This document shows, in pieces, positions 10,565 to 19,623 of a DNA stretch of 44,555 bases. Source of the stretch: a virus. Its lineage: Duplodnaviria > Heunggongvirae > Uroviricota > Caudoviricetes. Each line of letters starts with the position of its first letter. The first letter of the stretch is position 1. The notes below the pieces were generated by a model. That model saw nothing but the letters and a program-made list of their open reading frames with translations. It did no database searches and was not told the DNA's origin. Location: the IMG/VR virus record IMGVR_UViG_2734482571_000013; one strand, written 5' to 3'. A program made the translations under genes and the position numbers.

Positions 10565-11326
10565 ATGGAGACTGTTTTTGACGCACTGAAAGCAATGGGA
10601 AAAGCCACATCCATAGAACTTGCTGCGCGACTTGATATCAGTCGTGAAGAAGTGCTGAACGAACTATGGGAACTGAAAAAAGCTGGTTTCGTTGATAAAA
10701 GCGCGTACACCTGGCGTGTGGCTGATAACAACGTTCAGCAGGAACAGCCAATGCAGGCAGAACTGCCGGAAGAAACCACCACGGCAACTGTAGTGAAAAT
10801 CTCAGAGTGCGATTTAACCGCGACGATTGAACAACGCGGACCACAAACGGCGGATGAACTGGCTACGCTGTTCGGTACAACATCCCGCAAAGTTGCTTCA
10901 ACGCTGGCAATGGCAATCAGCAAAGGACGCCTGATTCGCGTAAACCAGAACAGTAAATTTCGTTACTGCATGCCGGGCGATAATTTACCAGCAGAGCCGA
11001 AAGCTGCATCGGTAGCGGAAACTGATGGTAAAGCCTTTCCTCAGCCAGCCGGTGTTGCGTTACCAGTACAGGAAGCGGCAACACAGGAAGATATTAAAAC
11101 AGAAACTGTGGCGGACATTGTGCAGTCGCTGCCATCGTTTACTGAAACGCAAGCGGATGACCTAGTTTTACCATCGCTGCATATGGCAAACCGCGAACTG
11201 CGTCGGGCGAAAAATCATGTCCAGAAGTGGGAGCGAGTCTGCGCCGCGCTGCGGGAGCTGAACAAGCACCGGGATATTGTCCGACAGATTGTCGATTCCT
11301 CCAGTCGTATTGTGTCGGAAAAGTGA
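10565..11326 (+). CDS. Hypothetical protein, YdaW-like (DUF1627-like), acidic C-terminal half
   Basis: GGGAGGA Shine-Dalgarno before ATG 10565; listed ORF extends in frame to 10514 overlapping ydaV. Confidence 0.6.
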   Translation: METVFDALKAMGKATSIELAARLDISREEVLNELWELKKAGFVDKSAYTWRVADNNVQQEQPMQAELPEETTTATVVKISECDLTATIEQRGPQTADELATLFGTTSRKVASTLAMAISKGRLIRVNQNSKFRYCMPGDNLPAEPKAASVAETDGKAFPQPAGVALPVQEAATQEDIKTETVADIVQSLPSFTETQADDLVLPSLHMANRELRRAKNHVQKWERVCAALRELNKHRDIVRQIVDSSSRIVSEK

Positions 11327-11341
11327 TTGCCGGAGGCGCTT

Positions 11342-11758
11342 ATGGCAAAAGTTTTTACACAGGAAGAGCGTGAAAAAATTAAGGAGCAGGTTGTTGAGTT
11401 GGTACGCCAGAGTGGGCGCGAGACGTTAAGGCAACTGGAGGCCAAGACAGGTGCGACAAGATATCTGATGAGCATTCTTGCCAGAGAGTTGGTTGCCAGT
11501 GGCGATGTATACAACTCTGGCTATGGGTTATTCCCGTCTGAACAGGCTCGTAAGGATTGGAAAAACGCCCGCAAAAAACTATCCAGGGCAAAGGTGAAAA
11601 AAACGGTTGTGGTTGATCCTGACCTTATCTGGTCATTACCAGACGGAGAAATACGCCGCTATGACAGGCGTCAGAACATAATCTGTCGCGAGTGCCGGAA
11701 GAGTGAAGTTATGAAACGTGTACTGGCATTTTATCAAGGAAATCTTCGGTATTTATAG
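11342..11758 (+). CDS. Hypothetical protein (138 aa)
   Basis: GGAGG Shine-Dalgarno 6 nt before ATG 11342; CxxC near C-terminus (ICRECRK). Confidence 0.5.
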   Translation: MAKVFTQEEREKIKEQVVELVRQSGRETLRQLEAKTGATRYLMSILARELVASGDVYNSGYGLFPSEQARKDWKNARKKLSRAKVKKTVVVDPDLIWSLPDGEIRRYDRRQNIICRECRKSEVMKRVLAFYQGNLRYL

Positions 11759-11896
11759 ACGTTACTAGATCAAAGAGCATTAGTTCATATGTAAATTGAC
11801 ATTTTTCTGGCACAGGGGAGAGCTAGCGTGGTTGTCCGCTTTGTGCCAATAGCGGACATTGCTGGCTCATGGTATGTTAGTTTAAGGAGGCAGGTT

Positions 11897-12919
11897 ATGC
11901 CCTGTATTTCGCTGTGGTATAATAGTTGCGCAATTGATACAAGGGAGCGTTACATCGTGAAAATTGTTTTCGAGGTTAATGGAAAGAAAGTTCCACTAAA
12001 ATCTTTAAAATACATAAGCAAAAAAGATCAACTCGAAGTAATGAAAAACTGGTTCTTTGAAAACTTTGAAGATCCGGCAAATGCTTGTCCGTATGAAAGT
12101 AGAGAAGGTGGCTATGCTTACATATATGGCGGGCCGTATGATGCGAGCGAAGAACTACAATCCATCTTCGGTCAATATGTTAAATCTGAGTATATTGAGG
12201 AATTAGTAGATGAATTACAAACACAATGTTTTGACTGGTCTGGAAACTCAAATAATATAGATGATTGGTACGATGATGATATCTACGACGCTGTAACGTC
12301 TTCCGGTAATCCGTATTTAAAATTCATTGATAATATCGATAAAATAAAAAAACTTGCAAAAGATAAAACTGAACAACAGCAAAAAAACCACTTGCTTAGT
12401 TTGCTCTACACGAATGTTATTACAGCTTTGGAAACGCTTTATGTTGAGCTATTCATTAATTCTATAGAGAAAGATGATGTCTACATAGCCAATTGTATAG
12501 AAAAAGGTAAGACTGAATTTAAAGTAAGCAAAGATATTGCTGCGTTGCCTTTCAAGGGTGAACCCATCGAGAAAATTAGGGGAGAGCTAATCAGGTCAAT
12601 CAAGGAACACTTGATCAGTGCAAGCTGGCATAGCACTAAAAAGGTAATCGACCGCTATGAAGCTACATTCGATATAAAAGTACAAAAAGACTGTCCGATA
12701 GAAGCTATTGAATTGGCAACCCTCAATCGAAATCACTTAGTGCATCGTGGTGGAAAGGATAAAGAAGGGAACCTCGTAGTGATTACAGACCAGGATCTTG
12801 AAACGCTGATTGAAAATGCATCGAACCTGGCAATTATGCTCTACAACAGTTTAAATGTAGCAACGAATAAAACCACCATTTTGCAACCAGATGACAAACC
12901 GTTCATTCATGAATTTTAA
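11897..12919 (+). CDS. Island gene A: uncharacterised protein with C-terminal RNxxxH (HEPN-like) motif, candidate abortive-infection/defence effector (340 aa)
   Basis: AAGGAGG Shine-Dalgarno 6 nt before ATG 11897; alternative starts GTG 11828 and GTG 11957; AT-rich codon usage; motif LATLNRNHLVHRGG near C-terminus; no similarity to phage structural or replication proteins that I recognise. Confidence 0.6.
   Translation: MPCISLWYNSCAIDTRERYIVKIVFEVNGKKVPLKSLKYISKKDQLEVMKNWFFENFEDPANACPYESREGGYAYIYGGPYDASEELQSIFGQYVKSEYIEELVDELQTQCFDWSGNSNNIDDWYDDDIYDAVTSSGNPYLKFIDNIDKIKKLAKDKTEQQQKNHLLSLLYTNVITALETLYVELFINSIEKDDVYIANCIEKGKTEFKVSKDIAALPFKGEPIEKIRGELIRSIKEHLISASWHSTKKVIDRYEATFDIKVQKDCPIEAIELATLNRNHLVHRGGKDKEGNLVVITDQDLETLIENASNLAIMLYNSLNVATNKTTILQPDDKPFIHEF
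11915..11923 (+). promoter_or_regulatory. Extended -10 element TGgTATAAT (possible promoter if island gene A starts at GTG 11957)
   Basis: Exact TGnTATAAT match; AGGGAG at 11943-11948 and in-frame GTG at 11957 lie downstream; conflicts with the alternative start at 11897. Confidence 0.25.
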
Positions 12920-12934
12920 TAGCGCAGGTCATAC

Positions 12935-13936
12935 ATGGATATTCGCACACGAAAGACAAAATTTTTAGAGTCGTTAGATTCAACTGAAGTGATACGCAAA
13001 GCAGTAAGTCTCGCTATAGATTGCATTATTGATAATCATAATAGTAATGAAGATACCCCCTTAGTTATTACCAGCTATGATGATCTCTGTAGAATCCAGG
13101 TGCTAAATTATGTACAGGAGTTTTGCGAAGCTGCATTCCCTGATATGGATGAATATTACTTTAGTCCTAACATACTTCGCATCAACGGCAAGACTAGTGA
13201 AGAAGCTTGTATTAACTTAATTAAACTCTTAAGAAGTACAAAAGGCATGCTATTCTGGTCCGATGCCCCATCGTGGTTCGCTAGCCTCCCCGACGGATTA
13301 TTCCATGTTGTTAACATTGATCAAAAAATCGTTACTCGCGGCCTTAATAAGAAAAACTCTAAGCCGACAATAATCAATAAAGATTACAGTGTAGATACAC
13401 TACTATCAGAGCTATTTTTGAATGGCGCACACATGGAGCAACCCAACGTACACAACGTTTCTGAGGGAAACATGAAGTTCTATGATGAATGCCATGCTGG
13501 ATTAATCAGACCAATACCCGCTCCAATAGGCGCGTCATACGATGAAGAGATCACAATTAATTCTCCAGATTGGCAAAAGCTCGCGTGTGTAGCTTTACGC
13601 CGCTATCAGTCGAAGGAATGTCATGACGGAATGCAATGGGATACAACCGATCATGGTTGGACTGATGTAATCGCGTATCCATTCGTCGAAGAAATACAAT
13701 CAATGGATAATAGTGGTTATCGACAATGTTTAGTTGGGCTGGTCACAATAAACAATTCAAATGCAAATTCTCCGTACCTATCTACCGTTTGGATACATCC
13801 ATTTTATCGCAGGAGAGGGTTATTAAGTAAGTTATGGCCAAAATTACAAGAGTTATATGGAAGTAACTTCGAAATTGAGCGACCTAATGAAAATATGAAA
13901 GCATTTCTGAAAAGTGCGAAACACGCAGATTACTAA
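12935..13936 (+). CDS. Island gene B: uncharacterised protein with GNAT-like C-terminal region (333 aa)
   Basis: Starts 15 nt after gene A stop; C-terminal segment CLVGLVTINN...WIHPFYRRRGLLSKLWPKLQELYG...NMKAFLKSA resembles GNAT acetyl-CoA-binding motifs A/B, but the match is imperfect. Confidence 0.6.
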   Translation: MDIRTRKTKFLESLDSTEVIRKAVSLAIDCIIDNHNSNEDTPLVITSYDDLCRIQVLNYVQEFCEAAFPDMDEYYFSPNILRINGKTSEEACINLIKLLRSTKGMLFWSDAPSWFASLPDGLFHVVNIDQKIVTRGLNKKNSKPTIINKDYSVDTLLSELFLNGAHMEQPNVHNVSEGNMKFYDECHAGLIRPIPAPIGASYDEEITINSPDWQKLACVALRRYQSKECHDGMQWDTTDHGWTDVIAYPFVEEIQSMDNSGYRQCLVGLVTINNSNANSPYLSTVWIHPFYRRRGLLSKLWPKLQELYGSNFEIERPNENMKAFLKSAKHADY

Positions 13937-14119
13937 TTTATGAATCAGTCTGTGGAGTTAGGGTTGGTGTGAACAAGTAGGGTAAGAGCCTCAACGTGAT
14001 GCTATGCCGACCTGCTCCCTGAGAATTCACACAGAAGGCTGCTAGCAATGTCTGCAGATCGCTCAAAGCGGACTAAAATGTTGGCTTGTTTCTGACTTAG
14101 AGCATTTAAGGAAGTGCTG

Positions 14120-14338
14120 GTGGTGACTGGTTGTTGTGTTCCATTTCTACAGAATAAAATCACAGAAACTATACCCAATAGTTGTATTGAATCACTGACG
14201 AGACAGCCTCATATTTATCAGGACTGGTGTGCGTCTAATACAGGGGGTTGTCGTGCTGGTTCTCAAATGTGCGCTGGCTATTGCGGCTGTAATGGCAATT
14301 TATTGTCTTGCTGTTGTTCTTATGGAGCGGCTTTCTGA
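14120..14338 (+). CDS. Possible small Cys-rich peptide (about 72 aa, 14 Cys)
   Basis: ORF with TAAGGAAG upstream of GTG 14120; C-terminal CAGYCGCNGNLLSCCCSYGAAF; could be non-coding TG-rich sequence. Confidence 0.2.
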   Translation: MVTGCCVPFLQNKITETIPNSCIESLTRQPHIYQDWCASNTGGCRAGSQMCAGYCGCNGNLLSCCCSYGAAF

Positions 14339-14497
14339 TTGATTACATACTGGCTAGAAAAAAGGTGTTACCTTGGTTTATCTTTGTCCGGCAAGGTGCG
14401 CTCATTAATCTTAAGTAAATTTATTGCTCAAGTATTCAGATTACTTCTTATGGTTGAAGTCTCCTGTCAATGTAGAACCAATATATTTACAAAAATG

Positions 14498-14527
14498 AGA
14501 CCCGTCGGGGATAGCCCTGCCGGGTCT
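14498..14527. terminator. Stem-loop between convergent genes (possible bidirectional terminator)
   Basis: AGACCCG..CGGGTCT outer arms plus inner CGGGG/CCCTG pairing, A-run upstream and T-rich downstream; sits between plus-strand ORFs and minus-strand YeaR-like gene. Confidence 0.4.
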
Positions 14528-14556
14528 GACTGTTAAAGCATTTTTAATATGATCAT

Positions 14557-14895
14557 CTATTTTTTGGTGCTATAGACTTTTTCGCCCGAAAAGTCTGGAG
14601 CGACCCAAAAGTTAATATTAAACTGAGCATCATCGCTTAGTTCAACACGGTGCCAGTATTGTGGTGGGCTTGTTGCAAAAGCGCCAGCATTAATGACTAC
14701 TTTTATCTCCGGTTCAGTAGCATTCTCATCAGTAAAACCATAATATGTTACAGTGCCTTCCATTACGCACAACTGCCCAAAAACACCTGCTGCTGTATTA
14801 TGATGTGTTAATAACGCTGAAGGTACGTTCTCTTTTGTGAAGAACGGAGTTGAGCGTTTGATTACCCAATCTTTAGGAATTCTCTTGTGTGTCAT
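14557..14895 (-). CDS. DUF1971 protein, YeaR / TehB-N-terminal-like (112 aa)
   Basis: Pattern RSTPFF...VMEGTVTYYGF...AGAFATSPPQYWH...FNINFWVAP parallels E. coli YeaR as I recall it; GGAGGAGG Shine-Dalgarno 5 nt before ATG 14895. Confidence 0.65.
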   Translation of the reverse strand: MTHKRIPKDWVIKRSTPFFTKENVPSALLTHHNTAAGVFGQLCVMEGTVTYYGFTDENATEPEIKVVINAGAFATSPPQYWHRVELSDDAQFNINFWVAPDFSGEKVYSTKK

Positions 14896-15708
14896 AACCA
14901 CCTCCTCCAAAACATGCATTAAAAATGCATCTTTTGGAGGGTTATGTCAAGCTGTTATGAAACACATAATTGATATGTTGATTAGAGGAGAAGATAGAAT
15001 AAATATGGTTGTTTTTCGTATAACTATTTGTTTTACTTTTAGTTTATGCATTCTGTGTGTTAGGAATAAGTTATTAAAGTTTAATCAAAAAATCTCGATG
15101 TAGTCCACATAGATTACTGTTACTGAACCTTATTGTGTGTATTAGTTGTGTTCTGAAATTTCAGCTTAATTATTTATGATGTATTTTTTAACGATAAATA
15201 TTTTCCCAGGATACCTTTACTGTGTATATAAATAAATTATATACGCATAAATAATGTAAAGGCGTCCTTTTAGATATATCTTATCAAATGTTAATGACTT
15301 GAGTGGGAAATATGATTCCAGCAACTTATCATGTGGCTACTTTATAAAAATAATGCCCATATAAAACAACAAGCGAAAAGGATTACGGATAAAAAAGGAG
15401 CGAGATGTGCGAACTTGTTATTTTCCATGTTTAACCACCTTAAATAATTGATGATGACGGGATGATTGCATCTGTAATGCTTTTATTGAAATGTTATGAT
15501 AAAAAAGAACTTTTGCATAACATTAAAATGTAATTTATCTAATCGTTTTTAATAATAAGTGTCGTATTTCTATCCTTGTACCAGCTATTTGATATGTAGT
15601 GTTTGTTCATGCTATGTGGGGCTTTACACCATAGCCAGTTTATTTATACTTTATTCGTCAGCCTGAACAACTGGCATCTGCTGCGCTGCGCCATCGAGAG
15701 ATTGAGAA

Positions 15709-16308
15709 ATGGCGCATATACAACTGGTCAAACAAACCTCTTCTGGTTTACTTCTCCCGGCGACGCCGGAGAGTTGCGATTTTCTGCATCAAATCAAAAT
15801 AGGTGAGTGGATACACGCAGACTTTAAGCGTGTGCGTAACTACGCATTCCACAAGCGTTTTTTCAAACTCCTGCAACTGGGATTCGATTACTGGACTCCG
15901 GTCGGTGGGGCGATCACGCCTCGCGAACGAGAACTGCTGTCTGGTTTCGTTGATTACCTGTGCGAATCAGTTGGTCGGGAACACACGCCAGCCCTGAGTG
16001 ATGCCGCAGAGCAATACCTTAACACCGTTGCGACTCGTAGAACCCGGGATACGGCGTTGCTAAAGTCGTTTGAGGCTTTCCGCGAGTGGGTAACCATTCA
16101 GGCCGGATTTTACACCGAGCATATTTATCCGGACGGTAGCCGTGGGCGTCGGGCAAAATCCATCGCTTTTGCGAATATGGACGAAGTCGAGTTTCAGCAG
16201 GTTTATAAATCTGTACTGAATGTGCTGTGGAACTGGATTCTGTTCCGTAAATTCTCCTCTCAGGAGGAAGTTGAAAATGTGGCCGCACAACTACTGGAGT
16301 TTGCGTAA
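15709..16308 (+). CDS. DUF1367-family phage protein (nin-region type, 199 aa)
   Basis: Position upstream of ybcO-like and Q genes; TAATG coupling to next gene. Confidence 0.6.
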   Translation: MAHIQLVKQTSSGLLLPATPESCDFLHQIKIGEWIHADFKRVRNYAFHKRFFKLLQLGFDYWTPVGGAITPRERELLSGFVDYLCESVGREHTPALSDAAEQYLNTVATRRTRDTALLKSFEAFREWVTIQAGFYTEHIYPDGSRGRRAKSIAFANMDEVEFQQVYKSVLNVLWNWILFRKFSSQEEVENVAAQLLEFA

Positions 16309-16598
16309 TGGTGAATTTACGTAAAGCGGCTAAAGGCCAGATGTGCCAGATCAGAATCCCTGGCTACTGCAATCACAATCCCGAAACCTCTGTGCTGGCG
16401 CATTACAGGCTGGCGGGGACGTGCGGAACAGCGACAAAACCACATGATATGCAGGCGGCGATAGCCTGTAGCTCATGCCACGATCTAATCGACGGGCGGG
16501 TAAAAACCAGCGATTACACCAAAGAAGAATTGCGCCTGATGCATGCTGAAGGGGTTTTTCGCACACAAGAAATCTGGAGAAAGAAAGGTCATTTATGA
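16308..16598 (+). CDS. YbcO-like Cys-rich putative nuclease (DUF1364, 96 aa)
   Basis: Conserved Cys/His pattern CQIRIPGYCNH...CSSCHDLID; nin-region position before Q. Confidence 0.65.
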   Translation: MVNLRKAAKGQMCQIRIPGYCNHNPETSVLAHYRLAGTCGTATKPHDMQAAIACSSCHDLIDGRVKTSDYTKEELRLMHAEGVFRTQEIWRKKGHL

Positions 16599-17137
16599 TT
16601 TACCCAACGAATACAGGAAAAAGCGGAGAACACCTTCGCCTCACCACGCTGGAAAGTGTCTGGATTCAGGGAAAACTACGTATGTGGGGGCGCTGGTCGT
16701 ATATTGGCGGTGGCAGGTCAGGGAATATGTTCAATCAGTTGTTGGCATCCAAAAAACTGACGAAAACAGCCATTAATGAAGCCCTGCGCAGAATGAAAAA
16801 AGCGGGAATAGAGAAAGCTGAGCTGGAAGCGTTTTTGCGAGAGATGATCAACGGCAAGCAAAAGAGCTGGCTGGCGCATTGTACTGATGCAGAGGCGTTA
16901 TGTATTGATCGAGTCATAAGTGAGGTGCTGGCAGAGCATCCAGGATTGATTTGCATTCTCCGGCAACGCTATGAAGGGCGGGGGATGACTAAGCGCAAAA
17001 TGGCTGAATTGCTAAATGATGCACACCCAGAGTGGTGTTTTAGCACATGCGAAAAACGGATTGCTAATTGGTTAGCTGTTGCTGAGTATGCCCTATATAT
17101 TCCCATGCGTGAATCATTTGCTGAGAAAATGGCTTGA
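16595..17137 (+). CDS. Late-gene antiterminator Q-like protein (180 aa)
   Basis: N-terminal WIQGKLRMWGRWSYIGG resembles the conserved N-terminal motif of lambdoid Q-family antiterminators; followed by intrinsic terminators and the lysis cassette. Confidence 0.65.
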   Translation: MIYPTNTGKSGEHLRLTTLESVWIQGKLRMWGRWSYIGGGRSGNMFNQLLASKKLTKTAINEALRRMKKAGIEKAELEAFLREMINGKQKSWLAHCTDAEALCIDRVISEVLAEHPGLICILRQRYEGRGMTKRKMAELLNDAHPEWCFSTCEKRIANWLAVAEYALYIPMRESFAEKMA

Positions 17138-17216
17138 TTTCTTACGTATAAACTGCTTCAATTTTGCTATGCTTCGCAAAGCTGTATCGCGAGGCGGATT
17201 GCAGACATGGACATCG

Positions 17217-17243
17217 TAAAAAAACCGCTTAATGCGGTTTTTT
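17217..17243 (+). terminator. Intrinsic terminator downstream of Q (A-run, ACCGC/GCGGT stem, T7 run)
   Basis: aaaaaaaccgcttaatgcggttttttt; symmetric A/T flanks suggest bidirectional function; candidate tR'. Confidence 0.6.
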
Positions 17244-17564
17244 TACGTCAGGAAAGCAGGGGAGAATGCTGCTAGTTGGGCAACTGGTCTTTCTGCTCCA
17301 AATTATAACAGAGACCAGTTATAGTTTCGGTGCTGTGTTTTTTTTACAATATTGTGATAACACATTGCTGGCGGGAGTTTTGATATTTCTTGGCAGGGGC
17401 TGATGATGCGTTATCCTGATGTCGTCAACTCATATAAAATGAGATGAGAGATCATTGCAGGGTGGTTTGTAATTCGCTGTTTAGCGGGACAATATGTTGT
17501 CTGATACAAGACACCCGACGCCTCAGATTACTATAATAAAGACGAAGCATCCTTTGTATTGACC

Positions 17565-17590
17565 AACCGCCTGTTTAGGCGGTTCTTTTT
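17565..17590 (+). terminator. Intrinsic terminator (AACCGCC/GGCGGTT stem, T5 run)
   Basis: aaccgcctgtttaggcggttcttttt in AT-rich non-coding region between Q and lipoprotein genes. Confidence 0.55.
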
Positions 17591-18122
17591 GGGCTGGTTT
17601 ATTGTATGCCAAATGATTATTAAAAAGGTTGTGTTAATAACAAGATCCGAAATAATATGCCTGCATATTTTTATCTTGCTTATATTCTGCATATTGTGCA
17701 TAGCAGGCTCATCCCTGCAATCAAAACTGTATGATGAGTATTTTTTGTTTTCCTTTTTTCCAGTCATCTGATGATGACCTGCTTCTTTTTAATCCGGATC
17801 GACATCAGTTTTTTAAGATAATTCCTGCGAGTTATATGCATAAATGCCACAAACTCCGCATTTTATGTGGTTGGGAGTTGCCGGGCGCGCAGTGAGTTTG
17901 CTAAGAAAACTCCTGCATGGTGAATCCCCCTGTGCGGTGGGGTGATACCATTAACCTTTTCTGTCGCCGACAGGTATCACGAACATTTTGTTCACCGGGA
18001 GGCACCCGGCACCATGCACTTCAATAGATTCTCTCCACATTATGGATATTCTTTCAGAATATCCCACGCAGACTTTGTGTAAATGTTAACAAATGTGCGT
18101 TTTATTTGATCTGATTCGCTGT

Positions 18123-18152
18123 TTGAGCGTCCAAAACAACGGTATATATAAT
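18123..18152 (+). promoter_or_regulatory. Putative sigma70 promoter for lipoprotein moron
   Basis: TTGAGC (18123-18128), 18-nt spacer, TATAAT (18147-18152); GAGGA Shine-Dalgarno then ATG 18182. Confidence 0.4.
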
Positions 18153-18181
18153 CCTTTACTATATGACATATGTGAGGAAAA

Positions 18182-18610
18182 ATGGGTTTTCGTAGCGCAT
18201 CAATTCTTACGTTGATTATTAGTGGGATTATTATCGGGTGCACTGATGCTGTATCGACAAATTATCATGACCGTACATCATATTACTCCGATAAAGCAAT
18301 AGAGACACAGTATGTGAGTTCATCTGAACGTACTTCTGATGTTAGTGAGGATATCCGTCTGTATGCCCATCAAATCAAGAGCGCCATCGAAAAACAGTTC
18401 GGGGATGCGAGTAAGTATTCAGGAAAAGAGTGTACACTGAGAATGCATATGGCCCCGAATGGCCTTCTACTGGAGGTTAAAAGAGAAAGTGGAGACCTCG
18501 ATTTATGTCGTGAAGCGATGAATGCGATAAAGAATGCTGATATACCTGCCCCCCCTTCGCCGGAAGTATATAAAGTATTTCAAAATGGGGTGCTGGATTT
18601 TAAACCCTGA
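18182..18610 (+). CDS. Lipoprotein with TolA domain-III-like C-terminus (142 aa)
   Basis: Signal peptide with lipobox IIGC; C-terminal HQIKSAIEKQFGDASKYSGKECTLRMHMAPNGLLLEV...PPSPEVYKVFQNGVLDFKP closely parallels the TolA C-terminal domain as I recall it (…IKSAIE…CTLRI…LDFKP). Confidence 0.75.
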   Translation: MGFRSASILTLIISGIIIGCTDAVSTNYHDRTSYYSDKAIETQYVSSSERTSDVSEDIRLYAHQIKSAIEKQFGDASKYSGKECTLRMHMAPNGLLLEVKRESGDLDLCREAMNAIKNADIPAPPSPEVYKVFQNGVLDFKP

Positions 18611-18760
18611 TATTTATTGTTTTGTAATAAACGGTTTCGGCTTAGGTTTGTTCTGACACAGCTACGGCACTGAGCTAAATTTAGCGGATAGTCAGCTCTG
18701 AGCCAGTGGCGGACGTAACAACTACTATTGCTGAGATTTTAATGGATTGAGGAGCAAGAA

Positions 18761-19156
18761 GTGGGATTAAAGAAAATCGTTATGTTGACTTTTTGGGTCG
18801 GTTTTGTTGCGGGATGCACACCTTTACACCCTTCAGATTGCCACAAAACTACTGCTACAGGTAGTTGCAGTTCAGGACGCTGGGATGATCAGGATGAATG
18901 GGGGGCGCAAGCGCGGGGAATCAGAGCTGCAATTAATGCCAAACTTGATGAGCCGCATAACTGGAAAGGGAAAAAATGCAGGTTGCATATGGAATTCTCT
19001 CAGGATGGCACGGCGTTAAAAATATCTACCAGTAACGGTGATAAAGCCTATTGCGAAGCGATAAAGTCCGCAGCTCATAAAGCCAAATTTCCGGCCTTCA
19101 ACAATCCGGAAGTCTACAGAGATTTTCAGAAATCTGGCTTTGACATGCGAGGTTAG
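18761..19156 (+). CDS. Second lipoprotein with TolA domain-III-like C-terminus (paralogue, 131 aa)
   Basis: GTG start with GAGGAG Shine-Dalgarno; lipobox VAGC; C-terminal KKCRLHMEFSQDGTALKIS...NNPEVYRDFQKSGFDMRG aligns with the upstream paralogue. Confidence 0.7.
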   Translation: MGLKKIVMLTFWVGFVAGCTPLHPSDCHKTTATGSCSSGRWDDQDEWGAQARGIRAAINAKLDEPHNWKGKKCRLHMEFSQDGTALKISTSNGDKAYCEAIKSAAHKAKFPAFNNPEVYRDFQKSGFDMRG

Positions 19157-19407
19157 CTCTTCAATTACTATATCTCATTCATAGCAAACTGACAGATTTG
19201 ATGATGTTCTATATACGAAACCTGTGATGTCAAGTCTGAGCTAATACAAATAAACATAATATCAGAGAAATACATTTTATTAGCTCGCTACGGCGAGCTT
19301 TTTATATTGCATCGTCTCCAGCATATATATCAATTAAGGCTCTGATTGATGTGTCTGAAAGCCTACACATAATAACTATGCCATCCGTTCCGTGCGGAGG
19401 TGAGGCT

Positions 19408-19623
19408 ATGAAATCCATGGACAAAATTTCAACAGGCATTGCCTACGGCACCTCCGCAGGCAGTGCTGGCTACTGGTTTTTACAGTTGCTCGATAGAGTA
19501 ACTCCGTCACAGTGGGCTGCAATCGGTGTGCTGGGTAGTCTGGTATTTGGCCTGCTGACGTACCTGACAAACCTTTATTTCAAGATTAAAGAAGATAAGC
19601 GCAAGGCTGCGAGAGGTGAATAA
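19408..19623 (+). CDS. Class II holin, S21-type pinholin (71 aa) with dual start MKSM
   Basis: GGAGGTGAGG Shine-Dalgarno; [26 protein letters not shown] two-TMD architecture; TAATG overlap with endolysin. Confidence 0.8.
   Translation: MKSMDKISTGIAYGTSAGSAGYWFLQLLDRVTPSQWAAIGVLGSLVFGLLTYLTNLYFKIKEDKRKAARGE

Noticed and set aside
11796-11801. TTGACA hexamer upstream of island gene A as a -35 element
   Set aside because: No acceptable -10 hexamer at 16-18 nt spacing (AGAGCT at best)
14339-14536. 65-aa plus-strand ORF after the Cys-rich ORF
   Set aside because: No convincing ribosome-binding site, runs into the hairpin at 14498-14527, low-complexity translation
17532-17537. TATAAT hexamer as the late promoter PR'
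   Set aside because: No -35 partner, and the terminator begins only about 28 nt downstream, which would give an implausibly short transcript
17250-18180. Possible tRNA genes or toxin cargo downstream of Q
   Set aside because: Checked for cloverleaf-compatible stems and conserved tRNA motifs by eye and found none convincing; only short AT-rich ORFs. A tRNA scan would be needed to be sure
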